NCBI GenBank assembly: GCA_012026655.1
Contig: JAAILG010000225.1
Location: 1 to 64,000, forward strand
Direction: 5' to 3'
Length of the DNA stretch: 64,000 bases
Source of the DNA: Hydrolagus affinis
Lineage: Eukaryota
Below, piece after piece: positions 38,522 to 50,868 of the stretch. Numbering within the stretch: the stretch's first letter is position 1; every line of letters begins with the position of its first letter. Under the pieces are notes generated by a model. It saw nothing but the letters and a program-made list of their open reading frames with translations, was not told where the DNA came from and did not search any database. The position numbers were made by a program, and so were the translations under genes.

Positions 38522-39502
38522 TTGGCACTCGACATTTACTGAAAGCAAAGGAAAATCAGACTAAGATACCTGATACAGTTGATTTTTTTTCCATCAGACT
38601 TGGAAGGAATGCTTCAGTTGAAACAGTTTTGACAAGCGCATAGATCTTGTGTGCTCTGTTGCCAGTGCTGGGAGCACTGCTGAAATTTGGATTGAGAAAC
38701 CCTGGTTTGGGACCAGAGACGAGTGGGGGGAAGGCAGAGTGAGAAGCAAAGAGGGAGAGGGGCATTGAATTTTATGGTACAGGAGTGATTGATTGATAGT
38801 GCAAAATATGGTGACTGTACAGTTTCACTCCAATGTAATCCATCATTCCAGCTCGAAGTACAAAGGCTTTGACCTGATTGTGCTGATGTGGCACAAGAGC
38901 AAAGGAGGTCATTCAGTTCCCTACCCTTGGGATTGCATTGAATTGTACAAGTGGAGAGTATGGTTATGGTAAAACGATAGAAATAATATCAAATGGCTTT
39001 GACGAGCGTGACCTGACTAACAGTTTTTCAAATAAAATAGAAGTTGTACTCCCATGACTTTTCATGGGACTGGCCAGGTCTCGCATACCTCATCCCTTCA
39101 GCGCAACAATAACAACAACAAAATTACAGTTGTAGAGCATCTTTCACATTGAGAGGTGACATTAGGTAATTCATTTAATAATAACACCTTTTTATTTTGG
39201 TGGCAAGGTCAATTATTTCATTGCGCCATAACTGTTCTGGAAAAAGGTTACTGGAATCTTTAACAGCTTGTTGGATAAATGTATTTGCATGGAATGCACT
39301 ACCCAGAGGGACTTGGACAGTTGATGGGGAACTTCTGAATGGAAAGAAGCTTTAGTGCCAGAAATGACTTGAACAGTCAAGTTCAAAAGAATGGAATGGA
39401 AACATTAAACAAGTTGTTCTTTCACTTGTACATAAACTATAATGGAATGTTGCATCCCACCATCATTTATCAGCTGGGGCTGAAATTCTCATTCATTGTC
39501 CG

Positions 39503-39840
39503 TAATAATAATAATAATAATCCTTGCATTTGATATAGTGATTTTCACGTCTTCTAGAAGACTCAAAGTGCTTCACAGAATCTACTGTAAGTGAATTGAC
39601 TATTTTTGTGGGCAAAACACTGCAGCCAATTGCGTACAGCAGTGTCCCACAAACAATCATGGATTGAAATGACCAATTTGTGAATTGAGTGACTGAATTA
39701 TTGTTTTATTTGTTTTTCTTGAGGGATTATTATCAGGCGCGTGGAGTAAGAAAACTCAAGGTTTCGCCCTGCCGGGAATTCAAACCCAGGTCTCTTGCTT
39801 GTAAGGCGAGTGGTCTAATCACTGAGCTACAGGACTCCAT
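39503..39840 (-). mobile_element. Full-length short-subfamily SINE
   Basis: Complete from head to tail, with a small internal duplication near 39661-39705. Confidence 0.95.
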
Positions 39841-41339
39841 GTCCACATCAGAATTGGGCGCACACAATTTTATTGTTCCTGTTCATCCAGAAATTGGCTT
39901 TGGGTGGAGATGAACTTGTTTGTTTGCCGCCTTTCCCATCCTACTCCCTTTGTTTCCTCCATCATCTCTTACATGTGGCGACTCATATTAAGGATGCACT
40001 TGCCTGAGAGATTACTCTTTCTTCACGCGTGATTCAGGACAATGAGTGTCAGCTAGCTACTTGATTTAGAGCAAAGAGTCCAAGGCCTTTGTTGTCTAAT
40101 GGCTGCGCACATTTCATTCCAATATACATCACTGTACCTGCCTGCCTTGGGTGAGGTGACCTAACCCTGTCCAGACCAAATCCTGTAGCTCATGGGTCCT
40201 TGCGTCACACCCTTTTCTACTGTTCCAGCAGTACTGTTCCAGTGAAAGGCACTATACCCATGTAATTTTGTTATTGTTGTTTTACTGTGGGTTCACGCAG
40301 CCAACCTTGTTGCGTGTACATCAGCTAAGCCTGGTCACATCCGGCTCCGATTTGCAGCTTTTCCACTGTAATCTGCTTCCAATGTCATAACTTTAACTGA
40401 TTTGTGAGGATTGTTTGCAAATGTCACACACACTTTGCTGGACCAGCACGTTGCAAATGAGAACTGCCTCCCGTTTTGTCAGCTGCAGTTATTGCTGGCT
40501 TTTGTTGACCTTCTGCTGTTGCTGCGGCTGAATTAAAGGATAATGACTCAACAGCATCATCGGTTCAGTTTGTGTTCCTTACGTTGTTTGCTCCATGGAT
40601 CTCTCCCCCAACCTCCCCCTCCCCGCCCCTTCCCACACACACACACAGCCATGGCTTTGGAAATAAACTACAGCAAATCTCTTTTAGAATGTCCCAACGC
40701 TTCTTTTGGTGAGGTTTACCAGTGCTGTCACTGGAATTTCAGTGAAGTGTTCCCCACGGTATGTCTAGCCTGCCAGCACTCACAGTCAGGCTTCATACAT
40801 GACTAACAGTAGCAAAGAGTGATTGGAATCGGGGGAACTTCAACCCAGTAAGAACGAGGAAAGGAAAATAATCACCTTCTGGTTTGGGAAGAAAATTGAG
40901 CGTAGGATGGCGGGGGGATGTGTGGGCAGTAGGGTGGGGGGGAGGGGGAGGTGAGTGACTAGAATGGAAGAGGAGAGAGAAAAGGCGGGGCATGAAGACA
41001 AGTGACTGTGGTGAGAATGAGGGGAATGGAAGGAGAAAAGTTGAAGAGGTGGCAGATGTGTAATGCTTTCTCAGTGACTGTTTAGACATAATCGTGTGGA
41101 CTGGGTTGCCCCGCGTTTACTACTGAAGCCAGGCGAGATGGCAAAAATCCTCAGATCAGGACCAGAACATTGATGTTGAACGATGGGGTTGACTGGATGA
41201 ATTGCCTCATTCCTCGGGTGAAATCAGAATTAAAATCCCAAGAAAAATGGATTGCATAAGATATGTGATATGTAAATCACATATCTTTAAATAACAGTGA
41301 ACTTTACAGGGATGTGTGCAACATGTAAAGAACGTTTAT

Positions 41340-41800
41340 CGAATATGAAAAGCAATGCATTACCAACAAAGAGAAAACTGTCCTTATGAACTCTCCAATT
41401 CTAACACTGCTGCTTGCTACATAACCGGCACAGTCTGTTGCTTATCTTCAGCTGCGTGTGGTAAATTGCAGAAGGGAACAGCAAGCAGTTCAGTGAATAT
41501 GATGGCATGCTTTCTCTTAATTGCAATTCCTGTTTCAAATTGTGATAAGAATGAGATCTTTGATTGCGAGCAACAGTAAGCAGTACTGTATTCTGCTTTA
41601 GCAAAGGAGCCGTGCGTTGCTGCCTTTGCTCACTGATGGGTAATATTGTTATATTGTGTGGACTAATGATAGCCAGAGGCACTCAGCACAATATTAACAG
41701 AACTCGCACAATTTCCAAAGCTCTCATTATAATTACAAGGCTGAGAGGCAGTTTCATTACTCTGAGAAAACAAGCTTTTTTTTAAAAAAAGGCTGCTTTT
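41340..41800. promoter_or_regulatory. Candidate enhancer with a GATA/E-box/RUNX cluster
   Basis: TTATCT 41442-41447, CAGCTG 41449-41454, TGTGGT 41457-41462, TTCCTG 41527-41532 and TGATAA 41543-41548, in repeat-free DNA. Confidence 0.4.
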
Positions 41801-42480
41801 TGTTTTCAGCTGAAGTGCGCAGTTTGGGTTTGCGTGTCTGAACCTCCAAGCTTACTGTAGCTTATCAAGTCTACCAGGCATATCAGACAGATTTCAAACC
41901 TAGGAAGATGACAGTTCGTTTTTTCTCGCGTGCTCTCTTTTTCTCCTCTTCCTCTTCTCTCTTCTATTTCCTTACAACGCCCCTCGAAGGCTGAATAGAC
42001 CTACTGGGCTGTGGTTTCAAGGCCATCCGATCCTAAATCTAGTGTTTTAACAGAGTGAGCTCCCTGGGATGTTCCAAGCTATCCTCACCCCTTTGCCAAT
42101 CAAGTAAGTCATCATCAATGCCATTGAACAAAATAGTATTGGTAACAAATAATTAGCAGGTACGTTTTCGAAGACTTGAAGAGGAGATAAGTTTCTGTTG
42201 AGTTGGGAACATACATTCTCGTACGTGCATTCCATGTTGTGTGAACATGCATTCCAGTACACAGGATAGGGCAGGCTGTTTGCAGCGGCTGTTGTTTTGA
42301 TTCCTCTTCAAAAGCATCCGATTAATTCTGGTGGAAAGCTGGGTGTGAGCACTTATTTTTCCATCCTGACCAGTGTATGTGGGAGATGAGGTGTAACTCA
42401 CCAATTTGAAGTGATATGATTTTCAGTGACTCCTTTTTCATTGAGTCACGCACTGCTCAGTGAGCAAGGGATATATAAAT

Positions 42481-42836
42481 TAATAGTAATCCTAGCATTT
42501 GATATAGAGCTGTATTATGTAATTGAGATGTCTCAAAGCGCTTCACAGAATATATTGTGAAGTACATTGACTTGTTTATTTTGTGGGTGAAATTCAGTAG
42601 CCAATTGCGCACAGAGGTGTCCCACAAACAGTCCTGGATTGAGTTATTTAACTTGAGTTGTGGGGGAATATTACCCTGGTGAATAAGACGAACAGCCGGG
42701 TTCCTAGTTAGTGCTGGGTAAACAAAGGCGCGTGGAGTAAGGTAACTGGCCCAAGATTTCGCCCCGTCTGGGAATTAAACCCGGGTCCTCTCGTTTGTGA
42801 GGTGATTACGCTAGTCACCACACTGCAGGATTACAC
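42481..42836 (-). mobile_element. Full-length long-subfamily SINE
   Basis: Tail, the internal gttcctagttagtgctgggtaaaca segment, and the tRNA head. Confidence 0.9.
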
Positions 42837-43724
42837 TTATATATAGTTTCGGCGGCATTTGCCGGTTTTGTATAAATTCTAAAGAAAACCAAGGGCAGAA
42901 GAAGTGGATGAGAGTTCAATCATTGTACCTTCTCTACTATCCTGATCTTTGAGTAAACCTTTCCAGTTTGTCGTGGCTAGGCTAGAAGTGCCATGTCACT
43001 AGTCAGACCTTGCCCACTGTATTGAGTATTGGGTTGCAGACACATCACCGGGCTAATTATACAGCCAAGTCGTGTTTTGATGCAGTGACGTTTTAAAATC
43101 CAGTTTCACCAGCTCAGGCTCCAGTTTGTAGCATGTAATCAGTAAGTCAGTCGGTTGGACTGAATGAAGGAGGGAGCTTCCAATATCAGTTTCTAGGAGC
43201 TGCTCGCTGGTGAAGGGTCAGACCTTGGCTTGAAATTCTCGCTACACGGTCCAAGTTGATTTTCTTTTGAACGATTTTTAAATGCGAAATAGGCGCTTGC
43301 TCTCTCTGTTTGGTCTGTGCTGCTTTGTCTTATCTGCGTGACCCAAACGGACTGCTTTGGTGGAACATATTGTGATCCAGGGGCCTGGCTACAGGCCAGC
43401 AGATGCTTTTTTTTCTCGAAAAAAAACTTGCTCAGGGCCCAGACAGAGATTAAGTGCTTTATCACGGCAGGCTCTGGCTTTTCTAGTGATCTGTGAAGCA
43501 CATTCCATTACTCCTAATGGGCTAAACGGTGGAAGATTAGTCCTCGGAGTTTTGAATCTGACTAAATATAGGAGCAAGGTATGTGAACTGAGACGCAGGT
43601 TTTTTCAAAATATATATACTTACGGCTCTTTTATCAGCTTGGATTTAATTTATTTTTTAAAAAGTTTATTGTTTCTTCCGTACAGTGTATCTAGAAAGTG
43701 TATTTGAAAGTTATATACATACCT

Positions 43725-44132
43725 TGAAAAGAGGTAAAGCGTGACCTGATAGACGTCTTTAAAGTCAGGAAAGGTTTTAATAGAGTGGACATAGGGAAGA
43801 TGTCTCCACTTGTGGGGGAGACCAAAACCCAGGCCATCAATATAAAATTGTTACAAATAGATCAAATAGGAAAGTTAGATGAAATATCTTTCTGCAGAGA
43901 GTAGTGGGAATGTGGAACTTGATACTAAAAGGAGTTGTTAAGGCACATACCATAGATGTACTTAAAGGGGAAGGCTAGAAAGGTACATAAGGGAGAAAGG
44001 AATAGAAGGTTAGGCTTGTCGGCTTAGTTGAGGAAGGGCAGGAGGAGGCTCTTGTGCAATTATAAACCCCAGCATAGACCAGTTGGGATAAATGGCCTGT
44101 TTCTGTGCAGTATATTCTAATGTATTCTAATA
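43725..44132 (+). mobile_element. CR1 LINE 3' fragment
   Basis: gtgacctgataga.gtctttaaa (ORF2 RxDLIxVFK-like), agagagtagtgggaatgtggaac, aatggcctgtttctgtg and an (attcta)n tail. Confidence 0.85.
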
Positions 44133-44429
44133 CCTAGATAGTTCAATAGTTGGGAGAGATACACGCTAGTGTATAATGGTGATGGGCGCCTTGTTGCTGC
44201 TGCTGGGTGAGTTGTGTAGTGCAATAGAAAATCTGTTCTTTTTATTCACGCTTTTCGTTGAAATCCAGTCTGTGTTTCTTTCTGGACTCATTGCCTTTTC
44301 ATCGCCTCACAGTGCCTGCAGCTGAGTGAGCAGGTGTGAGGTCTTCCTCGCCAACTCTCCCTCTTTTCCTTCTCTTTTCCTCTTGCACCCTCACTATACC
44401 ATTGTACGCGACAAAACTCCAAAGCAAAA

Positions 44430-44560
44430 GGATTGGCTATCGCGTTCCATCCGCAAAATACACAGTCAATTCACCTTACAGTATATCGTGTGGCTTTGAG
44501 ACTTCTCAATCATATAAGGTGCAATATCAAATGTAAATATTATTATAATGATTATTATTA
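44430..44560 (+). mobile_element. SINE tail
   Basis: Family tail. Confidence 0.8.
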
Positions 44561-44699
44561 AAGTGATTGCACCGTGTTTATCATATTCCTGGGAGGGAGG
44601 TGGGGGAGATGCTTTTAACAAAGCCGTTTGTGTGTGCATGTAATGATAATAGTCCTTGGATTTGATGTAGCGCTTTTCACGTCTTCTAGTATAGTTGAT

Positions 44700-44935
44700 T
44701 AGAATCCAGCAGTTACCCCAATGGTCACTCTGGGACTCCCAAAGCTCAGCCCTTGCCAACTTGTGCTTAATGCGTTCTGGAGTTTAGTAAACAGAATGAG
44801 TTCCTCCAGTGGAAGAGAGTGTGTATTCCATTCCAATAATCTATCTCTGGAATTTCCATGTGAGGTGGGATGTATGAAATTCTCAGTTTGGTTTGGATAC
44901 CCTTAAGCATGGTGATGGGTTTCCGATTGTGTCAG
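44700..44935 (+). repeat. Unclassified interspersed repeat, copy 3
   Basis: Aligns with 7440-7680 and with the reverse complement of 37260-37470. Confidence 0.75.
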
Positions 44936-45496
44936 TCACAATGTGGTTAAAAACGAAGGAGTATGTAGTTTTATCATTGGTGCCGAATTAGATCGACAAT
45001 TGCACTTTTCTATGGGGTGAGGGATGAAGAGCTGTACATGGCTTTTGCTGAATGGGTGTGGCTGGATTTCATTGCCACATCTGGGACTTGTGGTGTACGG
45101 TTAACGGCTGGTGTGGGTTACAAGCGATATCAAAACATTGGTCAAATGTTAGCCCAGCAGCGTTTGCAAATGTTTGTGGTGCAGAATGACTGGCTCCCTG
45201 TGCTGTGACCGCCAATGTTTGTGCATTGAAGAAATGGCCTGTGTTCCTATGATCATATCTCCCACATATGTTGCACTGTACCAATAAATAAGGCATCAAA
45301 TCTGCTCCGATATCTGTCAACAGCAGCGTTTATCTGTTGTATATCATAAATCTCAGTTCCTGTTTGTTCATTATATGCTGGTGAGGTGGAATGACTCAAG
45401 AATTAAGATAGCTACAGTTACTTAACTGTATTTTGTGGCCTGTCTATCTGAACCATATTTATGGACAAAGGTGTGACAGGGTTTAAAGAACACTGG

Positions 45497-45625
45497 TGAT
45501 AATAATAATCTTTGCATTTGATATAGCGCCTTATCTTGTCGTTGAGACGTCTCACAGAACTTCACAGAATATGCTGTATAGTGAATTGACTGTGTATTTT
45601 GAGGGTGAAACACGGCAATCAATTG
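45497..45625 (-). mobile_element. SINE tail
   Basis: Family tail in reverse orientation. Confidence 0.85.
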
Positions 45626-45649
45626 CTGTCAACACCTGATTTAGACTGA

Positions 45650-46085
45650 TCTAGACTAGTGAATTGGCGGCATGGAGATAGGCATCAGTTTGGCTCAGAA
45701 GGTTGTAGATTGAAATCCCCATGTTGGGACATGAGCTCATAGTCAATACAAACACTCCAGTTTAGTCAAATGAGACAACGCTGTGTTATCTGAGGCACTG
45801 TCCTTCGGATTAGATATTAAACAGGTCCTGTCTGGTAGAGATTGAAAATCCTCTAATTTTTTTTAAAACAGAAGAGCATTTCTTCCGGTGTCCTGGATTA
45901 ATGAACCTGTTTTGCCCCCAAAACATACTAAATATACACTTTATGATTATACGATTCCGTGAAGTGCTTTGAAACTGCTCACGACATCCTACTAGGGTCC
46001 AAATGCCCCACTGTCCAGAGCCTTGGAATATCCTCACAACATGAAAGGTGCTGTATAAATCAAATGTTGTGATTGTTGTGATAAG
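45650..46085 (+). mobile_element. Diverged DeuSINE followed by an L2 tail
   Basis: tcagaaggttgtag..tgaaatcccca; gaggcactgtccttcggattagatattaaac; ccggtgtcctgg. Confidence 0.65.
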
Positions 46086-46804
46086 GTGCTATTATTATTA
46101 TTTGCTTTAATCTACGAGCCCTGGTTTGGAGGTGGTGTTGGGGGGTGGGGGGGTGGGTGCGTAAGTAGATTGAGGAGACAGACTTCAACCACTCGTTGGA
46201 CTGACCAGACTGGCACTGTGTTGCCTCCAGCTGTTTGTGCTGAATGTAATGTGGTCTCAATATACAGTTCCCTTTAATTAGAGAGCAGGACCATTACCAA
46301 TGGTGCTGGTGGTTGCATTAGATAGATTTATGGTGCGTTATGCCTCAGTCAATCTGGATCCAAACTGGTTGTTTAGCAGCAGATCTAGTTATTTTTGCAG
46401 CCATTGTTAAAAAAAAGAGCTGTGTATTCCAAAACAGTAATTATTGCAAACATTCAACTGTGCTATTTGCAAGCCTAGAATTTTAATATTCTTTCAGTGA
46501 TTTAAAAACTCAAATGAAGGGATAGGAAGTAACCAGAAAATTTAATGAGGAAAGTGTCAGTAAAATAAATTTAGAATAAGTTTTGTTATGTGACTATCGC
46601 AGGAGACTCCCATCAAACAATCAAAGACAACAGAATTTCTGCAAAACTCTAGCTGTTTTGTAAAGCTGGATTTACTCCTAGTAATCTCATATACTTAAGG
46701 CAAACCCTAATGTGATTTGTATGCAGAGCAGTGCAAATCTACAAGATGTCTCTCCAATAGTGAAATTGATCGAAGAGAGTCATGCAAACACTTGGTCAAA
46801 TGTT

Positions 46805-46965
46805 TAGGAATCAGGAGTAGGTCATTCAGCCCCTCGAACCTGTTCCACCATTCTGTTAGATCATGGCTCATCTGTACTTCAACTCCATTTGCCTGCTTTT
46901 GCTCCATATCCATTGATACCCTTACCTAACCAAAATCTATCCAACTCACTCTTGAACATTCAAAT
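46805..46965 (-). mobile_element. CR1-type LINE/SINE 3' tail
   Basis: aggagtaggtcattcagcccctcgaacctgttccaccattc...gatcatggct, the reverse of a CR1 3' UTR. Confidence 0.75.
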
Positions 46966-47367
46966 TGGTGGAATGGTGAGGTTGCTTTCAATTTTCTGGT
47001 TTTCGATGTGCTAAGGCTCTATATCAAATGTAAGGATTATTATTAGGATTATTACTATTATTCTGCAGTGCGTGATCAATCCTGTGGTTATGACACTATC
47101 TAACACTGACTGTTCCATACCTCACCAATCAAAGTTTGGAAGGATTATACAAAAGTACTCGCTGTTTGTGTTTCTAACTCTCTTCCTCCTGTGCTTTGCT
47201 CCTGGGTTATGCCAATTTACCACTGTCAATTTTCCAGGCAGCTTTTGGCCCAATGCAGATACAATACACCAGCACAACCTCGTGATTTAACACCAAGAGA
47301 AGGCACTGAGCTCTGCGAGATTAAACTGTTTAGTTCTGGAGATGTGTTAGAAGCAAGGAGGTCGATA

Positions 47368-47505
47368 GAATAATAATAATCCTTGCATTTGGTATAGCGC
47401 TTTTCACGTCTTCTAGACATCTCAAAGCGCTTCATACAATATACTATAAAGTGAATTGACTGTATATTTGTGGGCAATTGTCCCCAGCAGAATTCCACAA
47501 ACAGT
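47368..47505 (-). mobile_element. SINE tail
   Basis: Family tail in reverse orientation, low divergence. Confidence 0.9.
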
Positions 47506-49307
47506 CAACAGGCAACAAATAGATGTCCAGAAATCTCTTTCTGAAATAAGCATTTTGTAACCCAGAGCCAATCTGATAAAATGTGGAAGATGTTAGAACT
47601 TTTTTAATTCAATTTGTTTTCTGCCTCTTTGCCGCGGCTGCCATCATGAACATTTATAGGTCGAGAAGGCTCCATTCCAACTGTTTCAAGCCATCTATAG
47701 CCTGGTCCCCTTTGCCCAGGCTGTGTATGGTTGAGCGGTGTGTGTAATGACTCACATTTGTATCTCCAGTTAATCCAGACGGAGTTCAGGTGCGTTATAC
47801 TTGCCGTAGATTCTCAACACAATGTAGTTTATCAGAGTGATGCTTGCTCCTTTTGAATGCTTGGTTTCTTGTTGAATCTCACTCAGGGATGAAGGGGTGG
47901 GTGGGGTGGAGAATCGGGTGGGTTTATAAAAAGTTTCATCTATTTCTCCGCAGACCAAACTCTGGATTCAGGAACGGCAGCTTCAAAGTCTCAATATGTG
48001 GCTTCAGTTAAGAATTTGTATTCCCACATATGTTTAATCTCTCAAATCTCACTCTCTGTGCTCTCATATTTTAGTGCTCTGATGTGTTAAAGCAGAATTT
48101 CTATGTGAGCCTTCCCCTTCCCCCCAACCATCACCCATCACACACAAGAGTAGCTGGCTGTGTGTTCTATGCTCATACAGTAGTTGTATTTTTGTTATCT
48201 AATAGTGAAGTCGCAGTCTGATCTTAGTCTGCAGGCTTGCCTTCTGCTATGACGGCCTTTTGATGTGGACTGGAAATTGCCATATTTTATTTCCATCTTG
48301 TACCAATTGGATTTTGGAATTGATTGACTCGCAGAAGCCCGGGAGGATGGACCAGGATGTGTACATGCTGGAGACATTAGCTGCGAATGATCACTGCACT
48401 TGAAAGTGGATCCTGCAAAGTGCTTTGGGATGTTTTGATGATGTGATAAGTCGCTCTTAACAAATGCAGAGATTAATTTAAATTCAGCAGTAAATTTAGG
48501 AGTTTGAAAGTTTGCACAGGTGGCTGGTCTGGGTGACTGCAGATGCTCTATAGGACTCGCTTCTGACATGAAAGACACTTATAGAAATGTAAATTATAAT
48601 GCATCTGTGCAATAGGGAGAGCTCTACTTGGGTCTGAGGAACACTAAATAGCATTGCAACTGTGGACCACATGAGGAGAGTGTTCCATTCCTGACAGTTG
48701 AAACAACTATCTCACAAATATTCTTTCTGGCATTCTCTGCTGTTTTCCAGATATATCATATAGCGCAGCACCTCAAAGGGGATTTCTACCCAGGCTTGGT
48801 CAGCTTTTTCTGAACTGTTTGGTACATTGTCTTAAAAATGAAGGTCTGAGTTGTCCTGAATAATTCACAGCACATCATAATTCACAGGACACAAGAATAT
48901 GTTTTCATGCGTCGAGAGGATGTCAACAAAGAAATCTGTCCAGTCAGCAGCAAAGTCCGAATGACTGAATGTGAAGCTCTGCTTTGAGCAAAACTCTGTG
49001 CAGACAAACGCCAGCTTTGGATAAAGGGTAGAGTGAATGAATCATCAATCACATGTTGTTCTCACTGGGAGACCAAAGGTGCATGGCAGAAAAATGGTAA
49101 TGGTTGTCCTCAAACCAATACAACAGCAGCCTCGGGGAGCCTGAGATTTCACTGGAACAGAGACGATTAAGATGGCATCTTGTAGAGCTATTCAGAGATG
49201 TTTTTGTTAAGATTTTGAGTGGATCAGGAGCGGAAGATTATTCCTACTGTTTTGCTAAGCTGCCACAAATGCCATTCTCTGCACCCGTTTTATATAAGTA
49301 AGTTGTT

Positions 49308-49313
49308 TTTATT
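49308..49313 (-). promoter_or_regulatory. Candidate polyadenylation signal (AATAAA) of the minus-strand gene model
   Basis: tttatt on the plus strand, 240 nt downstream of the predicted stop at 49553. Confidence 0.35.
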
Positions 49314-49552
49314 GCACTAGGTTTTGGTTGGTGCCACATTCATTTTACCACCTTCTTGATGCCTGGCCCCCGAGACGTGAGAAAGCAAGCGTATGTTTCT
49401 TATTTTAACCTCTGCCGAGCTCAGTGTAGAGATCGGAATTGATCAACGGTCCATGAGAATAGCTGGATAACGAGCAAAGGATTCTTACCATTGCTTCAAA
49501 ACTGCCTGTGCTCCACCACCGGCCTCCTGGAGAGTTCTTTCGGCATGTGTGG

Positions 49553-49597
49553 TTAGTATTTAGCAGTGGTGGTCTGAATAGTGAACACCTCTGCTTG
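49553..49597 (-). CDS. Putative terminal coding exon of an unidentified gene (QAEVFTIQTTTAKY*)
   Basis: Acceptor atttcacctttAG|CAA; phase 0 matches the previous exon; TAA at 49555-49553; AATAAA downstream. Confidence 0.35.
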   Translation of the reverse strand, partial: QAEVFTIQTTTAKY

Positions 49598-49607
49598 CTA
49601 AAGGTGA

Positions 49608-49870
49608 AATAATATTCCTTCCATTTGATACAGTACCTTATCATATCACCGATGCGTCTCAATGCTCTTCATGGGATATACTGTGAAGTGGATCGACTGT
49701 GTATTTTGTGGACGAAACTCGATGTCCGACGCACGATCTTGGAATAAATGACCAAGATCATTTTTGGGTGGGTGGGTGGGGGGAATTATTACCTCCGGAA
49801 AGCAATTCACCAATCAAGCATAGAAAGACCAAGGACCATTACGGCAAACCGCCCAAATGTCCAAGCAGAC
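49608..49870 (-). mobile_element. Long-subfamily SINE, diverged
   Basis: Tail at 49608; middle ggaattattacctccggaaagcaattcaccaatcaa. Confidence 0.75.
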
Positions 49871-49914
49871 GAAGAGATCAAAAGCGCAGTGGAGCTGAGC
49901 CATCCTTACCCCTT

Positions 49915-50078
49915 CCAGTTTAGTCATTCAATCCATGGCTGTTTGTGAGTCATTGCCGTGCATAACTGCTGCGTTTTGCCCACAAAATACACAAGTCAAT
50001 CTATTTTACAATAGATCCTGTGAATCCCTTTAGAGACGTCTCAATGATGTGATAAGGCGCCGTGTTAAATGTAAGGTT
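49915..50078 (+). mobile_element. SINE 3' half
   Basis: Family body and tail. Confidence 0.85.
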
Positions 50079-50650
50079 TCACCTGCTCGGGTGACCCCGG
50101 CAAGAGTTCTTGGACGTGTAAGTGATTTTTTTTCACTGACAGTTTACAAGTCAGCTCATAAATCATGCAGAAAGGTTTTAACAAAACGCTGACACTTCCA
50201 GAGCTGCGAGCGAGTGCCCTGAGTGACTTTTATCTCTGCCCCTTTTTTTTTGTGTTCTTCTTTTATGCTTTTAATTAAAGTGTTTCTTTTATGAATTTAA
50301 ATTGCAAGAATCAGTGAAATATGCTTCTGATTTACTGTTTTAAGTTTCTAGCCTTCCTACTTTGCTATCACTGTGGGCTGATGCGTTGATGTTTGTTCAA
50401 TTCTTCCATCTCAGTCCTTAGGAATTTTTGATAAGAGAATCGATCATCCAGCTTAATATTGACAGCAGTATTTAAGAAGCACATTCCTCTTTGTGTTTCT
50501 TTATTGTCAATAAATATATTTATATATAAAAAGAATAGATGTTTATCCTGGGATTGCACCATCAATTTGGCAAATTCATGTGTTAATGACAAGCAAATAG
50601 CTTTTTGTTGCCGCACACTAGAGAGCTGGAGTGTTTGATGTCTGACTTAC

Positions 50651-50868
50651 CCTTGGCCGGGTGCCTTGGTCTCTGAAGGCGGCGACGTCTCGCAAGCTTA
50701 GGTTGAACCCCTCTCTCGTCCCGGCAGCCCGAGACAGATCTATTGACTGCTGTAGCACGCGAGACGGGGAGGCTGAACCGTTTGAGTGCACATCTGGAAT
50801 GATGGCAGAGGTGTTGTGTCCAAACCGGTTTGACTGAAATCTCCCCCGCAGGCGAGCCAAGACGTTTG
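50651..50868 (-). CDS. Putative 218-nt internal exon of an unidentified gene
   Basis: Acceptor ttttgtttgtaaAG|CAA and consensus donor AGG|GTAAGT; GC/CpG-rich relative to its flanks; open frame NVLARLRGRFQSNRF...DQGTRPR. Confidence 0.55.

Noticed and set aside
43357-43707. 116-aa plus-strand ORF
   Set aside because: TTG start and no recognisable domain; at most a non-coding first exon ending at the 43578 donor
48195-48578. 127-aa minus-strand ORF
   Set aside because: Overlaps a degraded SINE tail at about 48410-48470 and has no splice or homology support
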